Positions 28,350-37,622 of a stretch of DNA of 64,000 nucleotides are shown here, one piece after another. The stretch is taken from positions 4,164,265 through 4,228,264 of the forward strand of contig OZ253559.1 of assembly GCA_965262785.1 (NCBI GenBank), read 5' to 3'. How positions within the stretch are numbered: position 1 is the stretch's first letter; every line of letters starts with the position of its first letter. Position numbers and translations under genes: made by a program. The notes below the pieces were generated by a model. The model saw nothing but the letters and a program-made list of their open reading frames with translations. It was not told the origin of the DNA and made no database searches. This stretch comes from Rhodothermales bacterium. Its GTDB lineage: Bacteria; Bacteroidota; Rhodothermia; Rhodothermales; Bin80.

Positions 28350-28541
28350 ATGGACCTCGGACCGATTCTTCGCGCACTCGTAGTGGCGATCGTTCTGGTG
28401 CTAGCTGTAATTGTGCTTTCGTTCCTGCTTCCGCTCGTTGCATTTCTGCTCAGAATCGCCATCTTCGTGCTGGTCGCGCTACTGACCATCGCGGTCGTTC
28501 TGCGACTTGTTGCGATGCTCCAGCGGCGTAAGCGGTGGTAA
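28350..28541 (+). CDS. tiny hydrophobic (about 2-TM) protein
   Basis: 63 aa, almost entirely Leu/Val/Ile/Ala, ending in RRKRW. It starts 6 nt after the Kelch gene stop and overlaps the tadA start by 7 nt. No family recognised. Confidence 0.4.
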   Translation: MDLGPILRALVVAIVLVLAVIVLSFLLPLVAFLLRIAIFVLVALLTIAVVLRLVAMLQRRKRW

Positions 28542-29011
28542 GTCTGACTTTACTCCTGGCGCCGGACCGGCGTTGGATGCAGGCCGCACTGCGCGAGGCC
28601 GAGCATGCGCTTGAAAAGGGCGAAGTGCCCGTGGGTGCAGTCGTTACCCACCAGGGCCAGATTGTCGGTCGGGGCCACAACCTTGTCGAGTCTCTCTCCG
28701 ATCCCACCGCACATGCTGAGATGATTGCCATCACGGCAGCGTGCGAAACCCTCCAGTCCAAATCCCTCAAGGGCTGCTACCTGTATGTAACACTGGAGCC
28801 CTGCCCCATGTGCGCGGGCGGAATCGTCTTGTCCCGATTGGACCGACTTGTGTTTGGCGCATTCGACGAAAAGGCCGGCAGCGCTTCTACGCTGTACAAC
28901 ATCGTTCAGGACGCACGTCTTAACCATCGGGTTGAAGTGATCTCCGGCCTTGAAGCCGAGACCTCTGCCGGGATGCTTCAGGCGTTTTTTCGGTCAAGGC
29001 GGCGCACCTAG
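28535..29011 (+). CDS. tadA: tRNA adenosine(34) deaminase
   Basis: WMQAALREAE...VPVGAVV...HAEMIAI...TLEPCPMCAG is the CDA zinc-binding motif pair. The start codon is GTG. Confidence 0.9.
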   Translation: MVSLTLLLAPDRRWMQAALREAEHALEKGEVPVGAVVTHQGQIVGRGHNLVESLSDPTAHAEMIAITAACETLQSKSLKGCYLYVTLEPCPMCAGGIVLSRLDRLVFGAFDEKAGSASTLYNIVQDARLNHRVEVISGLEAETSAGMLQAFFRSRRRT

Positions 29012-30306
29012 TGCGCAAACGCCGCACTCGCAGGCACTCCAGTGGCTTCCGACTGCCAAATCTGGACGATCAAAGGCGTCAGCAGCCAGACGGCTTTCTG
29101 CCACCAGCCAGCTGCAGGCAGTCCTAGGTCAAACCACACCTACCAATTGACCCGCGGCCAACCATACGACATACGCCAGTGCCAGCATGTGTTCACGCCC
29201 GCAAAGCACCGCAGATTCCACATGCCTTAACTGTGGTGCCGTCAACTGCTGGCCAAAGTACTCGCCCATCACGACAGCCTGGTCCGTGCGCCCGCCCGGA
29301 ATCAGCTTTGACATGGAGCTGGTCGCCGCAAGGGCGACAGGTGTCCACGAAGAATATTGCCGTGGCCGGCATTGGGCCACGCAGTCGCCAGGTCCTTGAC
29401 CGTCGGGTGCCCCGACCCGTAGACCCATTCGCTAGAGTAGCGGTGTTCGGCGCGATACCACACTGCTTCTGTGAGAAAAGGCATAGTTTCGTCCCATCTT
29501 CGAGTGGATCTCGCCAGAATTGAGTAGCGTGTGCGAGTCCTCTCAGCGCCGATGAAACTGCAGGCAAATATACTGAGGTAAAATTCGATGAGTTTTCCTG
29601 GCTTGATCGGCTGCACGACCAAGGCCACCACCTACTGGGGGTATACTTGGCTCACGAATTGGACCGTGCGCCAGTATTCAACACAGTCGTAACACGTACC
29701 GTACAGCCTGTGGTTTGTGCATGACAGGTGCCTTACTGCGCTAACCTTATTTGTCGAAAAGCTGATTGGCCTATACGTCCTGCCGTGAAACGAGCCGCAG
29801 AAGTAATTGACAAACAAGCACCGCGAATGGCCACGTGCGATCGTGATCGCACCTTCGGCACCGATGCTGCTACGGTGGGCGCACCAGCGCTCATCACCCA
29901 ATGCAGCGCCCGCCAGTCAAGCGCGGGGATCTATGCAGGTCGGATGTTTGAATTCGGTGCAACAGATATTAAGTAGTGCCTCGAATTGGCGCTTGGTGGC
30001 CTCGACGACGACCGGGTGGCAGTGCACGTATGCGTCATGGCAATGATGAACGCAAAGCCCGAATTACGACGGCCACTAGGAAACACCACTTGATCTCGAC
30101 ACCTGCTGCCTGCCACATTGCTGGGGGATTCTCCTTTATGAATGAGAAAGAATCGGCTTTTCAGTATCGCATGATCGGCTCCCGGACGCCGGTACTTCTG
30201 TAGGCGCAGCCTATGCACAACACGCCAACAATAGGAAAGAATCGTGTATCCGAAACCCCCCTATTCAGGCAAGTGTTTCAGTGAGTAGAATGATCTACAT
30301 GCATTC

Positions 30307-31311
30307 ATGGTAGACATTGTCATTATTGGGGCAGGTCCGGTGGGCCTGACGTGCGGCATTGAGGCGGTACGCAGCGGCCTGGAAGCGGTGATTGTGGAAA
30401 AAGGCGCCCTAGCGAACTCAATTGTGGGGTACCCGCTCCAAATGGAGTTTTTCTCCACACCGGAGCTACTGGAGATCGGAGGACATCCGTTTCCAACCCT
30501 TCGCTACAAACCAACACGGGGCGAAACCCTAGAGTACTATCGCCGTGTAGCGCTTCAGGAAAGCCTTAACATACGCCTCTATGAGCAAGTGCTGGGGGTT
30601 GCCGGCACGGACGGCGCCTTTCGAGTCACGACCACTAAGGGTACGATCGCGTGCCGAAAAGTAGTGGCCGCTACGGGATTCTTTGACGTTCCCAACTTAT
30701 TGAATGTCCCTGGAGAGGGCCTTTCCAAGGTTACGCACTATTACCGTGAACCTTATCCGTACACGCGGCAGAAGGTCGTCGTTGTAGGTGGCAAGAACTC
30801 CGCTGCTAAGGCTGCCCTGGAGTGCTATCGGCACGGTGCAAAGGTTACGTTGGTGCACCGCGGAGCGCTGCTATCCGACCGCATCAAGTATTGGATCAGG
30901 CCTGATTTGGAAAACCGCATCCGAGAGGGCAGCATCAAGGTGCTCCTCAACACCTCCGTCACGGCTATTGAGCCGCACCGCTTGTTTCTCAGTGGCCCAG
31001 ACGGGCCGCTCACGATAGAAAATGACTTCGTTTTGGCCATGACAGGGTATCGACCCGACTACGACTTTCTGGGCACTTTGGGCATTGCTACCAGGGATGA
31101 TCAATACAACACGCCGGACTATGACGAGGAGTCATTTGAGACCAACCGCCCCGGCCTTTACCTCGCCGGCACCGTCTGCGGCGGGCTTAAGACGAGCCGC
31201 TGGTTCATAGAAAACGGCCGCTTTCATGCCTCGCAGATTGTGAAACACATCACCACCGGTGAGGTAACGCCACTTCGATTAGCGGAGCGCTACTGGAAAA
31301 CCTTGGAGTAG
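30307..31311 (+). CDS. ypdA: YpdA-family FAD-dependent disulfide reductase (putative bacillithiol disulfide reductase)
   Basis: Contains VDIVIIGAGPVGLTCGIEAVRSGL (FAD Rossmann), a second Rossmann VVVVGGKNSAAKAAL and a C-terminal ...YLAGTVCGG.... The family was recognised from memory. Confidence 0.75.
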   Translation: MVDIVIIGAGPVGLTCGIEAVRSGLEAVIVEKGALANSIVGYPLQMEFFSTPELLEIGGHPFPTLRYKPTRGETLEYYRRVALQESLNIRLYEQVLGVAGTDGAFRVTTTKGTIACRKVVAATGFFDVPNLLNVPGEGLSKVTHYYREPYPYTRQKVVVVGGKNSAAKAALECYRHGAKVTLVHRGALLSDRIKYWIRPDLENRIREGSIKVLLNTSVTAIEPHRLFLSGPDGPLTIENDFVLAMTGYRPDYDFLGTLGIATRDDQYNTPDYDEESFETNRPGLYLAGTVCGGLKTSRWFIENGRFHASQIVKHITTGEVTPLRLAERYWKTLE

Positions 31312-31314
31312 CCA

Positions 31315-33441
31315 CTATTGCGCAACGACAACTTTCCGCGTCTCGCTGGCTTGAGGGCTTTCCGCTCGCAGCATGAATACGCCGGCAGGAAGACCATCTA
31401 CCGGCATGACAAGACGTGTCTCACCGGCGCCCAGGGAATGTCGCTGCTCCCGCACGCGGCGCCCCAAGACGTCGTAGAGCACCAAGCGCAACGCAATGGG
31501 CTCGGGAACACTCAGCGCCACGTGCAGGCGCGTCGTTACCGGGTTGGGCCAGGTGGCCGTGAGCCGCACGCCACCTATGAAGCGAGGCTTCTGTTCTGCC
31601 ACCATAGGAGAGGCAATAGAGAGTCCATATGCCACACCATTACGGTTGTCCTGCAATCCGGTGAAGGGCTCCCACTCGCTGTAGGGAGTCTCCCCAAAGT
31701 CTACGTCCCTGTCATCCGCCGTGCCTAGTATACTATCCGGTCCCATCCCCAGGAGAGCTTTAGGATTCTGCCCCGCATACATGAGGTCGACTTCAAAGCC
31801 TGGATCGCCCGTATGGAAACTGGCAAGGATGTGCCCAGCTTCATGCGCCGCCACGTTACCGATCGCTGTGCCTATGACATCCGCAACAGTCAATGACGCC
31901 GCATAGGGTACCGATGACGGCGAGGTCTGGTCGTTTGGATTCGCCAGTACGTCCAGAAGTACCACAGCCGTCTCTTCCAATGCAAAGTTGCCTACATCTA
32001 TCGATGCTGCTACGCCAAGGGTGGACAAGCCGATCTCTTGCTGCGTGCCGCCCACAATGACTCTGCTAACCTGCGGATTGCCCCATTCGTCAGCGTGGTC
32101 GCGGCTGTTGCGCACCTCTAGGTGGAAATCAGGGTTGCGCGCCGTTTGCAGGTCCGTCACCAGGTTTTCGTGGACGGTCGCCATCACCACGTCAATAATG
32201 GCGTCCTCCTCCCCTTGGAGCTGGTTTGCCTCCAACAGCACGCGTAGTGATGACAACTGCGCATCCGCAGCCCCACCCAAGTGGGAAGCGTCGAGCTCCG
32301 CGCCATCAAAGTCCACAAACAGAATCTGCGGTTGAAGGGCAGTGGCCAAGGGTGACCGGAAAACCCCAAGCTGCATAGCATATGCCCCGCCGCCTCGCGA
32401 GACGGCGACACTGTAACGGCCCGGCGCCGTAGCTACCGCCGCTAGATTCGCATTGCCTCCTTCGTAGAGCAACGTCTGTGGCGGATAAAGCGTGCTCCAG
32501 TTCACGTTTGTCCCCATGCGCAAGGTACCGTCTCCATCGAACAGCAGGAGATGGCGGGCCTCGCCCTGGACCCCGGCGCTGAAGACATCGCCAGCCTCCA
32601 AGTCAAAGCTGAAGAAGTCGATGTCCTGGGCATCAAGTCCGAGTGTTAGCGTGTACGGCCCTTCGCTGCCAGCTTTGGGGCCTGACGCAGAGTCAAATGG
32701 ATCGGCTGGCCAGGCCGAATTTACGCCGCGTACGAGGATCCAATACTCTCCCGCTTCCAACGGGCGCGCCTCCAAGTAGCTGTCCGGTTCACCGGCTATA
32801 CCAAAGTCGTTGGAAAAGAGCCGAACCCCATTGGCATCATAGAGCCCCACCTTCGTGTTAAGGCGTGGCATGCTACTGGCAAGGGTTTTTATCTCGGCCG
32901 TCACCAGCTGGCCGGCCTGCACCTGTCCGATATAGTAGAAGTCGTAGTCTGCTGTGGCATTGCCCGCTGATCCATGCGGACCGTCACCAATGAATGCTTG
33001 TAGTCTTATGCGCTCGCCAAGGCCCAGCGGTGTGTAGCGTGCCAGCGGAATTGCTCCGTCATCTTCATCCTCGGGTTCAGTGAGGGCACCCAGGTTTCTG
33101 GTTACCGAGTCCGCAAGTACGCCGCGCACCAGTGCCCTTGGAGTAAGTGTGCGGCTGAAAGAGGAAAGAAACTCCGCGCTTCCTTGAGTATCGTTCCAAT
33201 TGCGCTCATTGGGCGGCTCCTGCTCTTCTACTTCCGGCAAACTGCGTACCACTAGCGCGTTTGCTGCGGCCCTTGCGCGGCTTCGATGAGCCAATTCCTG
33301 GTGCCAAAAGGCCCAATCTACCTCCGTGCCCTTTGGCAACAAGCTAAGGGCGGGGTTGGAGGCCCTTTGGGACTGTGCGCTTAGGGGAATCGTGTAGCAA
33401 GCCCCTAAAAGGGCAATCAGCACTACTGCACGAGATCCCAT
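31315..33441 (-). CDS. secreted metzincin-like zinc metalloprotease candidate with a T9SS C-terminal sorting domain
   Basis: 708 aa with a signal peptide. Two beta-sandwich-like segments contain D(Y/I)DF(Y/F) (DYDFYYIGQVQAGQLV and DIDFFSFDLEAGDVF). The zinc motif is HEAGHILASFH (HExxHxxAxxH) followed by DLMYA. The last roughly 80 aa (WPNPVTTRLHVALSV...LVLYDVLGRRV...GVFMLRAES...) match the Por/T9SS CTD pattern. Confidence 0.7.
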   Translation of the reverse strand: MGSRAVVLIALLGACYTIPLSAQSQRASNPALSLLPKGTEVDWAFWHQELAHRSRARAAANALVVRSLPEVEEQEPPNERNWNDTQGSAEFLSSFSRTLTPRALVRGVLADSVTRNLGALTEPEDEDDGAIPLARYTPLGLGERIRLQAFIGDGPHGSAGNATADYDFYYIGQVQAGQLVTAEIKTLASSMPRLNTKVGLYDANGVRLFSNDFGIAGEPDSYLEARPLEAGEYWILVRGVNSAWPADPFDSASGPKAGSEGPYTLTLGLDAQDIDFFSFDLEAGDVFSAGVQGEARHLLLFDGDGTLRMGTNVNWSTLYPPQTLLYEGGNANLAAVATAPGRYSVAVSRGGGAYAMQLGVFRSPLATALQPQILFVDFDGAELDASHLGGAADAQLSSLRVLLEANQLQGEEDAIIDVVMATVHENLVTDLQTARNPDFHLEVRNSRDHADEWGNPQVSRVIVGGTQQEIGLSTLGVAASIDVGNFALEETAVVLLDVLANPNDQTSPSSVPYAASLTVADVIGTAIGNVAAHEAGHILASFHTGDPGFEVDLMYAGQNPKALLGMGPDSILGTADDRDVDFGETPYSEWEPFTGLQDNRNGVAYGLSIASPMVAEQKPRFIGGVRLTATWPNPVTTRLHVALSVPEPIALRLVLYDVLGRRVREQRHSLGAGETRLVMPVDGLPAGVFMLRAESPQASETRKVVVAQ

Positions 33442-35306
33442 AGCTGGTGGTACTGAATGTTGGTCCTGTCGAGTTCCAGCAGGCGCTGTACGAGCGCACG
33501 TGCCTCCGCTATGCGATCAGTGTTAAAGTACAAGGAGGCAAGGTTGGCAAGGGCAGGCTCCAAGTCAGGATTCAGGGCGATCGCCGCCAACAGGTCTGCC
33601 TCCGCCTTTACAAAGTCCCGAAGGAGCACATGCGTGTACCCCCGGTCACTGTAGGCATCAGCATACTTCGGGTTCGCTGCCAAGACTTCATTTAGAACTG
33701 CTGCTGCCTGCACGAAACGCCCATTGTGCACGTAACCCGACGCCAACTGTCGTTTGAAGTGCAGGTTAGCTGGCGCAAGCGTCACAGCCTGCTCCAAATA
33801 GGGTAGCGCTGCACCGGGGTTGCCAGTCTCAAGGTACGAATCCCCAATCCTATAGGCTGTCCAAGCGTCGTCAATGGCGTCGAGGCTTCGGGCGATCCGG
33901 GTAATCGCCGCGTAGTCGTTGTCCAGATAGTGCATCCGTATCAGGGGCGCAGCTACGGCCGCAAGCGACGATCGGGCCTGCGCCACGCGCAGGTACACTG
34001 CGGCAGAATCCAGAAAACCCGGGTGATTCGTGACCTCTTCGTAGTAAGTCAAGTATCCCTGTGCGATTTCTTTTGCCGTTGGCGAAGGGTCGATGAGGCT
34101 GGCCATGCGCACAAAACGCGCGCCCTCGGCATCGCTGGTCAGCACCGTCGAATTCGTTGTGTCCGGAGTACGAATGAAATGGTCGGTGATCCGAACATGT
34201 GGGATGTCCTTCGACCCGGACACAGGCATGTGGCACGTGACGCAATCCTCGGTGGTGGGCTCGGCGTGTAGCTGCACCGCACCAGCTGGTTCATGGCAGC
34301 TTTTACACGCAGCGTCGTAGTGGTCCTGCCCGAGGGCCTCTATTGGAAGATGCGGGTCGTGGCACGTGATGCACGTGAGGGGTTGTTCCGGCGTGGATTG
34401 GCGGAAGCACTCGCTCTGGGTCAGCCGATCAGGATGTGACGCCATGACGAACTGGCGCAAGCTGTCCGCAAAACGGGGCCAGAAGACGTTTTCTATGGAA
34501 GCCAGTACCATGCCAGGCCGAAAGTCTGCAAACGTTTTGCCTTCCTTGGGCACAGCAGCCCCTTGAACATGGCAGCCCTGGCAGATGTTAAACTGCAACT
34601 CCACCGGCAACTTGGCTGGGTTGACGATGGTGTAGTCGATCTCCTTGGATACGTCTACGGCACCTCCGGTGCGCATCGCCTCAATGTGGACAGAACCGGG
34701 CCCGTGGCACCGCTCGCAGTCGATGCCGTGCGGCACAGCGTCATACTTGTTATAAGAGCCTTCAACGATCGCAGGCATGCCGTTATGGCATGTGATGCAT
34801 TTCACCACTATGGGCCGATCAAATCGAACATTGCCGCCCCCCTTGAATCCGGGTGGCAAGTCCCAGATGCTGTCCTGGACATACCAGGTCAGAGGCATCT
34901 GGTAGAGGTAACCCCCTACATTCATGATGTGGGAATTTGTATGGTGCCCTGACCCTACTATGTAGTCGATCTTTTCCGTGCGCCGGTGCACGGTGTCCGT
35001 GCCGGCCAGACGGTATTCCATGATGTACAGCGAATCGCCGCGCGCCAGGGCCTGGTAATGCAGGTTATTGAAGTCGTCATAGACAGGCTCGGGGCTGTCA
35101 AAGTCTGCCGCACTGTTGGCCAACGTCGCAGCTTCCCACGAGCGCCCCATCTGCGCCTGATTGTAGGTCTCCGCCTTGTCTGGGTGGCATGTAGCACACG
35201 CCTCGATACCAACGTACTCCGCATCCAAGTTACGGTATTGGGTTGTACGGTCTGCCGTGTTGCAGCCCGCTACAAGGAGCACAAGGACGTAGTACGGTAG
35301 CCTCAT
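33423..35306 (-). CDS. multihaem (7 x CxxCH) cytochrome c fused to C-terminal TPR repeats, lipoprotein
   Basis: The CxxCH motifs are CATCH, CITCH, CERCH, CQGCH, CITCH, CKSCH and CVTCH. The C-terminal roughly 230 aa are TPR-like (...AYRIGDSYLETGNPGAALPYLEQAV...). The start is set at MRLPYYVLVLLVAGC (lipobox; plus-strand CAT at 35304-35306). Confidence 0.8.
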   Translation of the reverse strand: MRLPYYVLVLLVAGCNTADRTTQYRNLDAEYVGIEACATCHPDKAETYNQAQMGRSWEAATLANSAADFDSPEPVYDDFNNLHYQALARGDSLYIMEYRLAGTDTVHRRTEKIDYIVGSGHHTNSHIMNVGGYLYQMPLTWYVQDSIWDLPPGFKGGGNVRFDRPIVVKCITCHNGMPAIVEGSYNKYDAVPHGIDCERCHGPGSVHIEAMRTGGAVDVSKEIDYTIVNPAKLPVELQFNICQGCHVQGAAVPKEGKTFADFRPGMVLASIENVFWPRFADSLRQFVMASHPDRLTQSECFRQSTPEQPLTCITCHDPHLPIEALGQDHYDAACKSCHEPAGAVQLHAEPTTEDCVTCHMPVSGSKDIPHVRITDHFIRTPDTTNSTVLTSDAEGARFVRMASLIDPSPTAKEIAQGYLTYYEEVTNHPGFLDSAAVYLRVAQARSSLAAVAAPLIRMHYLDNDYAAITRIARSLDAIDDAWTAYRIGDSYLETGNPGAALPYLEQAVTLAPANLHFKRQLASGYVHNGRFVQAAAVLNEVLAANPKYADAYSDRGYTHVLLRDFVKAEADLLAAIALNPDLEPALANLASLYFNTDRIAEARALVQRLLELDRTNIQYHQLWDLVQ

Positions 35307-35426
35307 CAAGCGTTGGTCGGGTAGTGCGGCTACTTCTGTAGCACACCCACACATACAAAATAGTTCGAACTGCCCGCCAACGCAACCACTGTCGGGCAAG
35401 ACCCGCTGTGATGCAGCCCTTCTGCA

Positions 35427-37535
35427 CTAGAGCGCATCCAGAATCTGCTTCACGGCGTTGTTGCCAGGATCAAGCGCCAGCGCCTGGACAGCTAGGCGCC
35501 GGGCCTCTTCGTAGTTGCCCGAGCGCGCGTGAGCTAAAGCCAAGTTAATCATGCCACCTAAGTAGTCGGGTGCAAGCGCCAACGCCGCTGTGAGACGTTC
35601 AATTGCCGCCCTCAAGTTACCGTTGTTGAGATACCAGGTGCCAAGGTTGGCCTGGGCTACGGCATTGCCAGGTGCTGCAGTGGCCGCACGCTCAAAGAGC
35701 CGCCTGGCGTCTGCGTTCCGGCCAGGCATCGTGGTATACATCAGCCCGAGGTTGCCCAATGCGTCCGAGTCGTCTGGCTCCAGTGCAATCGCACGTTTCA
35801 GTGAGGCTTCTGCCTGGTCAAAGGCGCCGTCCTGCATGTATGCGGTACCCAGGTGCGTGTGCGCAACTGCAAGCAACGGCATTTCCGTGGTAGCCAGCCG
35901 GAACTGCACCGCAGCCTGCTGCAGGTCACCCTGCCGCTGCAGGAAGAGGCCATAGTTGATGCGGATATCCGCAAGTGCTGGCTGCTGCACCAGTGCGCTA
36001 TCATAGAGCGCACGGACTTCACCAGACGCTTGCTCCGCCTGCTCCAGTGCCTGAGCTAGCCCGTTCAGGCGCTCCGGAACCGCTCGCCGCTCGATTGCCA
36101 GGCGAAGCGGTGCAATAGCTTCTTGTGCGCTACCCAAGTTTGTTAGCGTCACACCAAGCAAAAAGCTCAGTTCCCCTGACGAGTCCTGGGCATGAATTGG
36201 CCCAGCGAGTGTGATGCCTCGATCCAAAAGCACACTGTCTGCCAGCTGCGTGCCATGAACAAGGTAGGCGAGCGCCGCATAGCGCTCAGCTTCTGGCCCC
36301 GAAGTGTCGCGCTCGAAATACGGCGCTAAACCGGCTGCTTCCAATGCATGTGCCGGCCGCAATTCCGGAATGTCGTTGCCTACGACTCGGATCCAGTGGT
36401 CAGTAAAGGAGGCATGAGGCGCACCATCTGCGGGCACCTTGGGCATATGACACTGGATGCAGCTTTCACCTCCGCTGTGCTCGGTCATATCCACCCCATC
36501 GTGGCAACTAGCGCACGTCCTATCAAAGTACTCGGGTCCCTTATCGCGGAATCCCTCATGGGGATTGTGGCACGTTGTGCATGTCATGGACGTGGCAACA
36601 AAGCACGCACTCAGCCTAAGTCGCTCCGCGTGCGAGATCACGTCAATCGTCCCCTCTGTTTCATCTTTTGGCGCCGAAAACAGTGCCACGAAGTCCTCCA
36701 GGCGCTCCGAGGGTCGAAAGTCAAAAGCCTCGTGCCCCTCGCGCAGCAGCGATACGGTAGTGTGCAGATGGCACTGCTGGCAGATGTCCATCTGCAGCTC
36801 GCCGGATAGATGTGCAGGATTTACGATGGTTCGATCAGCCGCGTCTCGGACCTCCGGACTTGCAAGGCGTTCGGCCACGTGAAGGCTGCCCGGCCCGTGG
36901 CAGCGCTCGCACCCAATACCCTCCGGCACGTGGTCATACTTCCCGGTCACAAAGGGCACCGAACCGGGATAACTGTTGTGACACGCCATGCACCGGTCCG
37001 GTACCAGGCGACCGAATCGCTTATTGTAGATCTGATACCCGGGGCTGAAATCCCAGGTGGCGCTCTGGGCGTACCACGTTAGCGGCATCTCGTATAGACG
37101 ACCGACCGATTCCGTCAAGTATGTACGCGCGGCGTTGCCACTCCCTACTACATAGTCTATCTTTCGCACCAGTTCATGCGTCCTGCCGCCGCTGGCATCC
37201 AGACGGTACTCTGCCTGGAAAAAGCTGTCGCCGCGCGCGAAAACCTGGTAATAGAACCCGCTGCCTTCGTGAAACAGGGGCGCCGCCCGGAAGTCCTCTA
37301 TTACATTTTCCTGCGTAAGCGGATAAAATGACCGGGCCATGCCATGTTCTTGAAAGCCCCGCCACTGACCTTCATGGCAGTCGAAGCAAGCCAGATCTCC
37401 AACATATTCCGCTCCCAAGTTGGCAAACCTGATCGGCTCTGCATCCTGTCGTCCGCTTGGCGAAATGCAGCCGCTCGAAAGCCAGGCCCAAAGCGGCAAA
37501 ATCAGTATCCAAGCACCCCGCTGCATCGACGACAT
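35427..37535 (-). CDS. multihaem (7 x CxxCH) cytochrome c fused to C-terminal TPR repeats, lipoprotein (paralogue of 33423-35306)
   Basis: The CxxCH motifs are CFDCH, CMACH, CERCH, CQQCH, CTTCH, CASCH and CIQCH. It shares the blocks IDYVVGSG, MPLTWY, CERCHGPGSLH, TIVNPAHL and FTDHWIR with its neighbour. The TPR tail is longer. The start is set at MSSMQRGAWILILPLWAWLSSGC (the alternative ATG is 9 nt downstream). Confidence 0.8.
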   Translation of the reverse strand: MSSMQRGAWILILPLWAWLSSGCISPSGRQDAEPIRFANLGAEYVGDLACFDCHEGQWRGFQEHGMARSFYPLTQENVIEDFRAAPLFHEGSGFYYQVFARGDSFFQAEYRLDASGGRTHELVRKIDYVVGSGNAARTYLTESVGRLYEMPLTWYAQSATWDFSPGYQIYNKRFGRLVPDRCMACHNSYPGSVPFVTGKYDHVPEGIGCERCHGPGSLHVAERLASPEVRDAADRTIVNPAHLSGELQMDICQQCHLHTTVSLLREGHEAFDFRPSERLEDFVALFSAPKDETEGTIDVISHAERLRLSACFVATSMTCTTCHNPHEGFRDKGPEYFDRTCASCHDGVDMTEHSGGESCIQCHMPKVPADGAPHASFTDHWIRVVGNDIPELRPAHALEAAGLAPYFERDTSGPEAERYAALAYLVHGTQLADSVLLDRGITLAGPIHAQDSSGELSFLLGVTLTNLGSAQEAIAPLRLAIERRAVPERLNGLAQALEQAEQASGEVRALYDSALVQQPALADIRINYGLFLQRQGDLQQAAVQFRLATTEMPLLAVAHTHLGTAYMQDGAFDQAEASLKRAIALEPDDSDALGNLGLMYTTMPGRNADARRLFERAATAAPGNAVAQANLGTWYLNNGNLRAAIERLTAALALAPDYLGGMINLALAHARSGNYEEARRLAVQALALDPGNNAVKQILDAL

Positions 37536-37622
37536 CGGGACCTGGCCATCGCCCAAAACAACCTGCTTCTGTAATTCCCGCATATCCCATACCTTCCAGC
37601 GCGCACCCTAAACTTACGAGCC

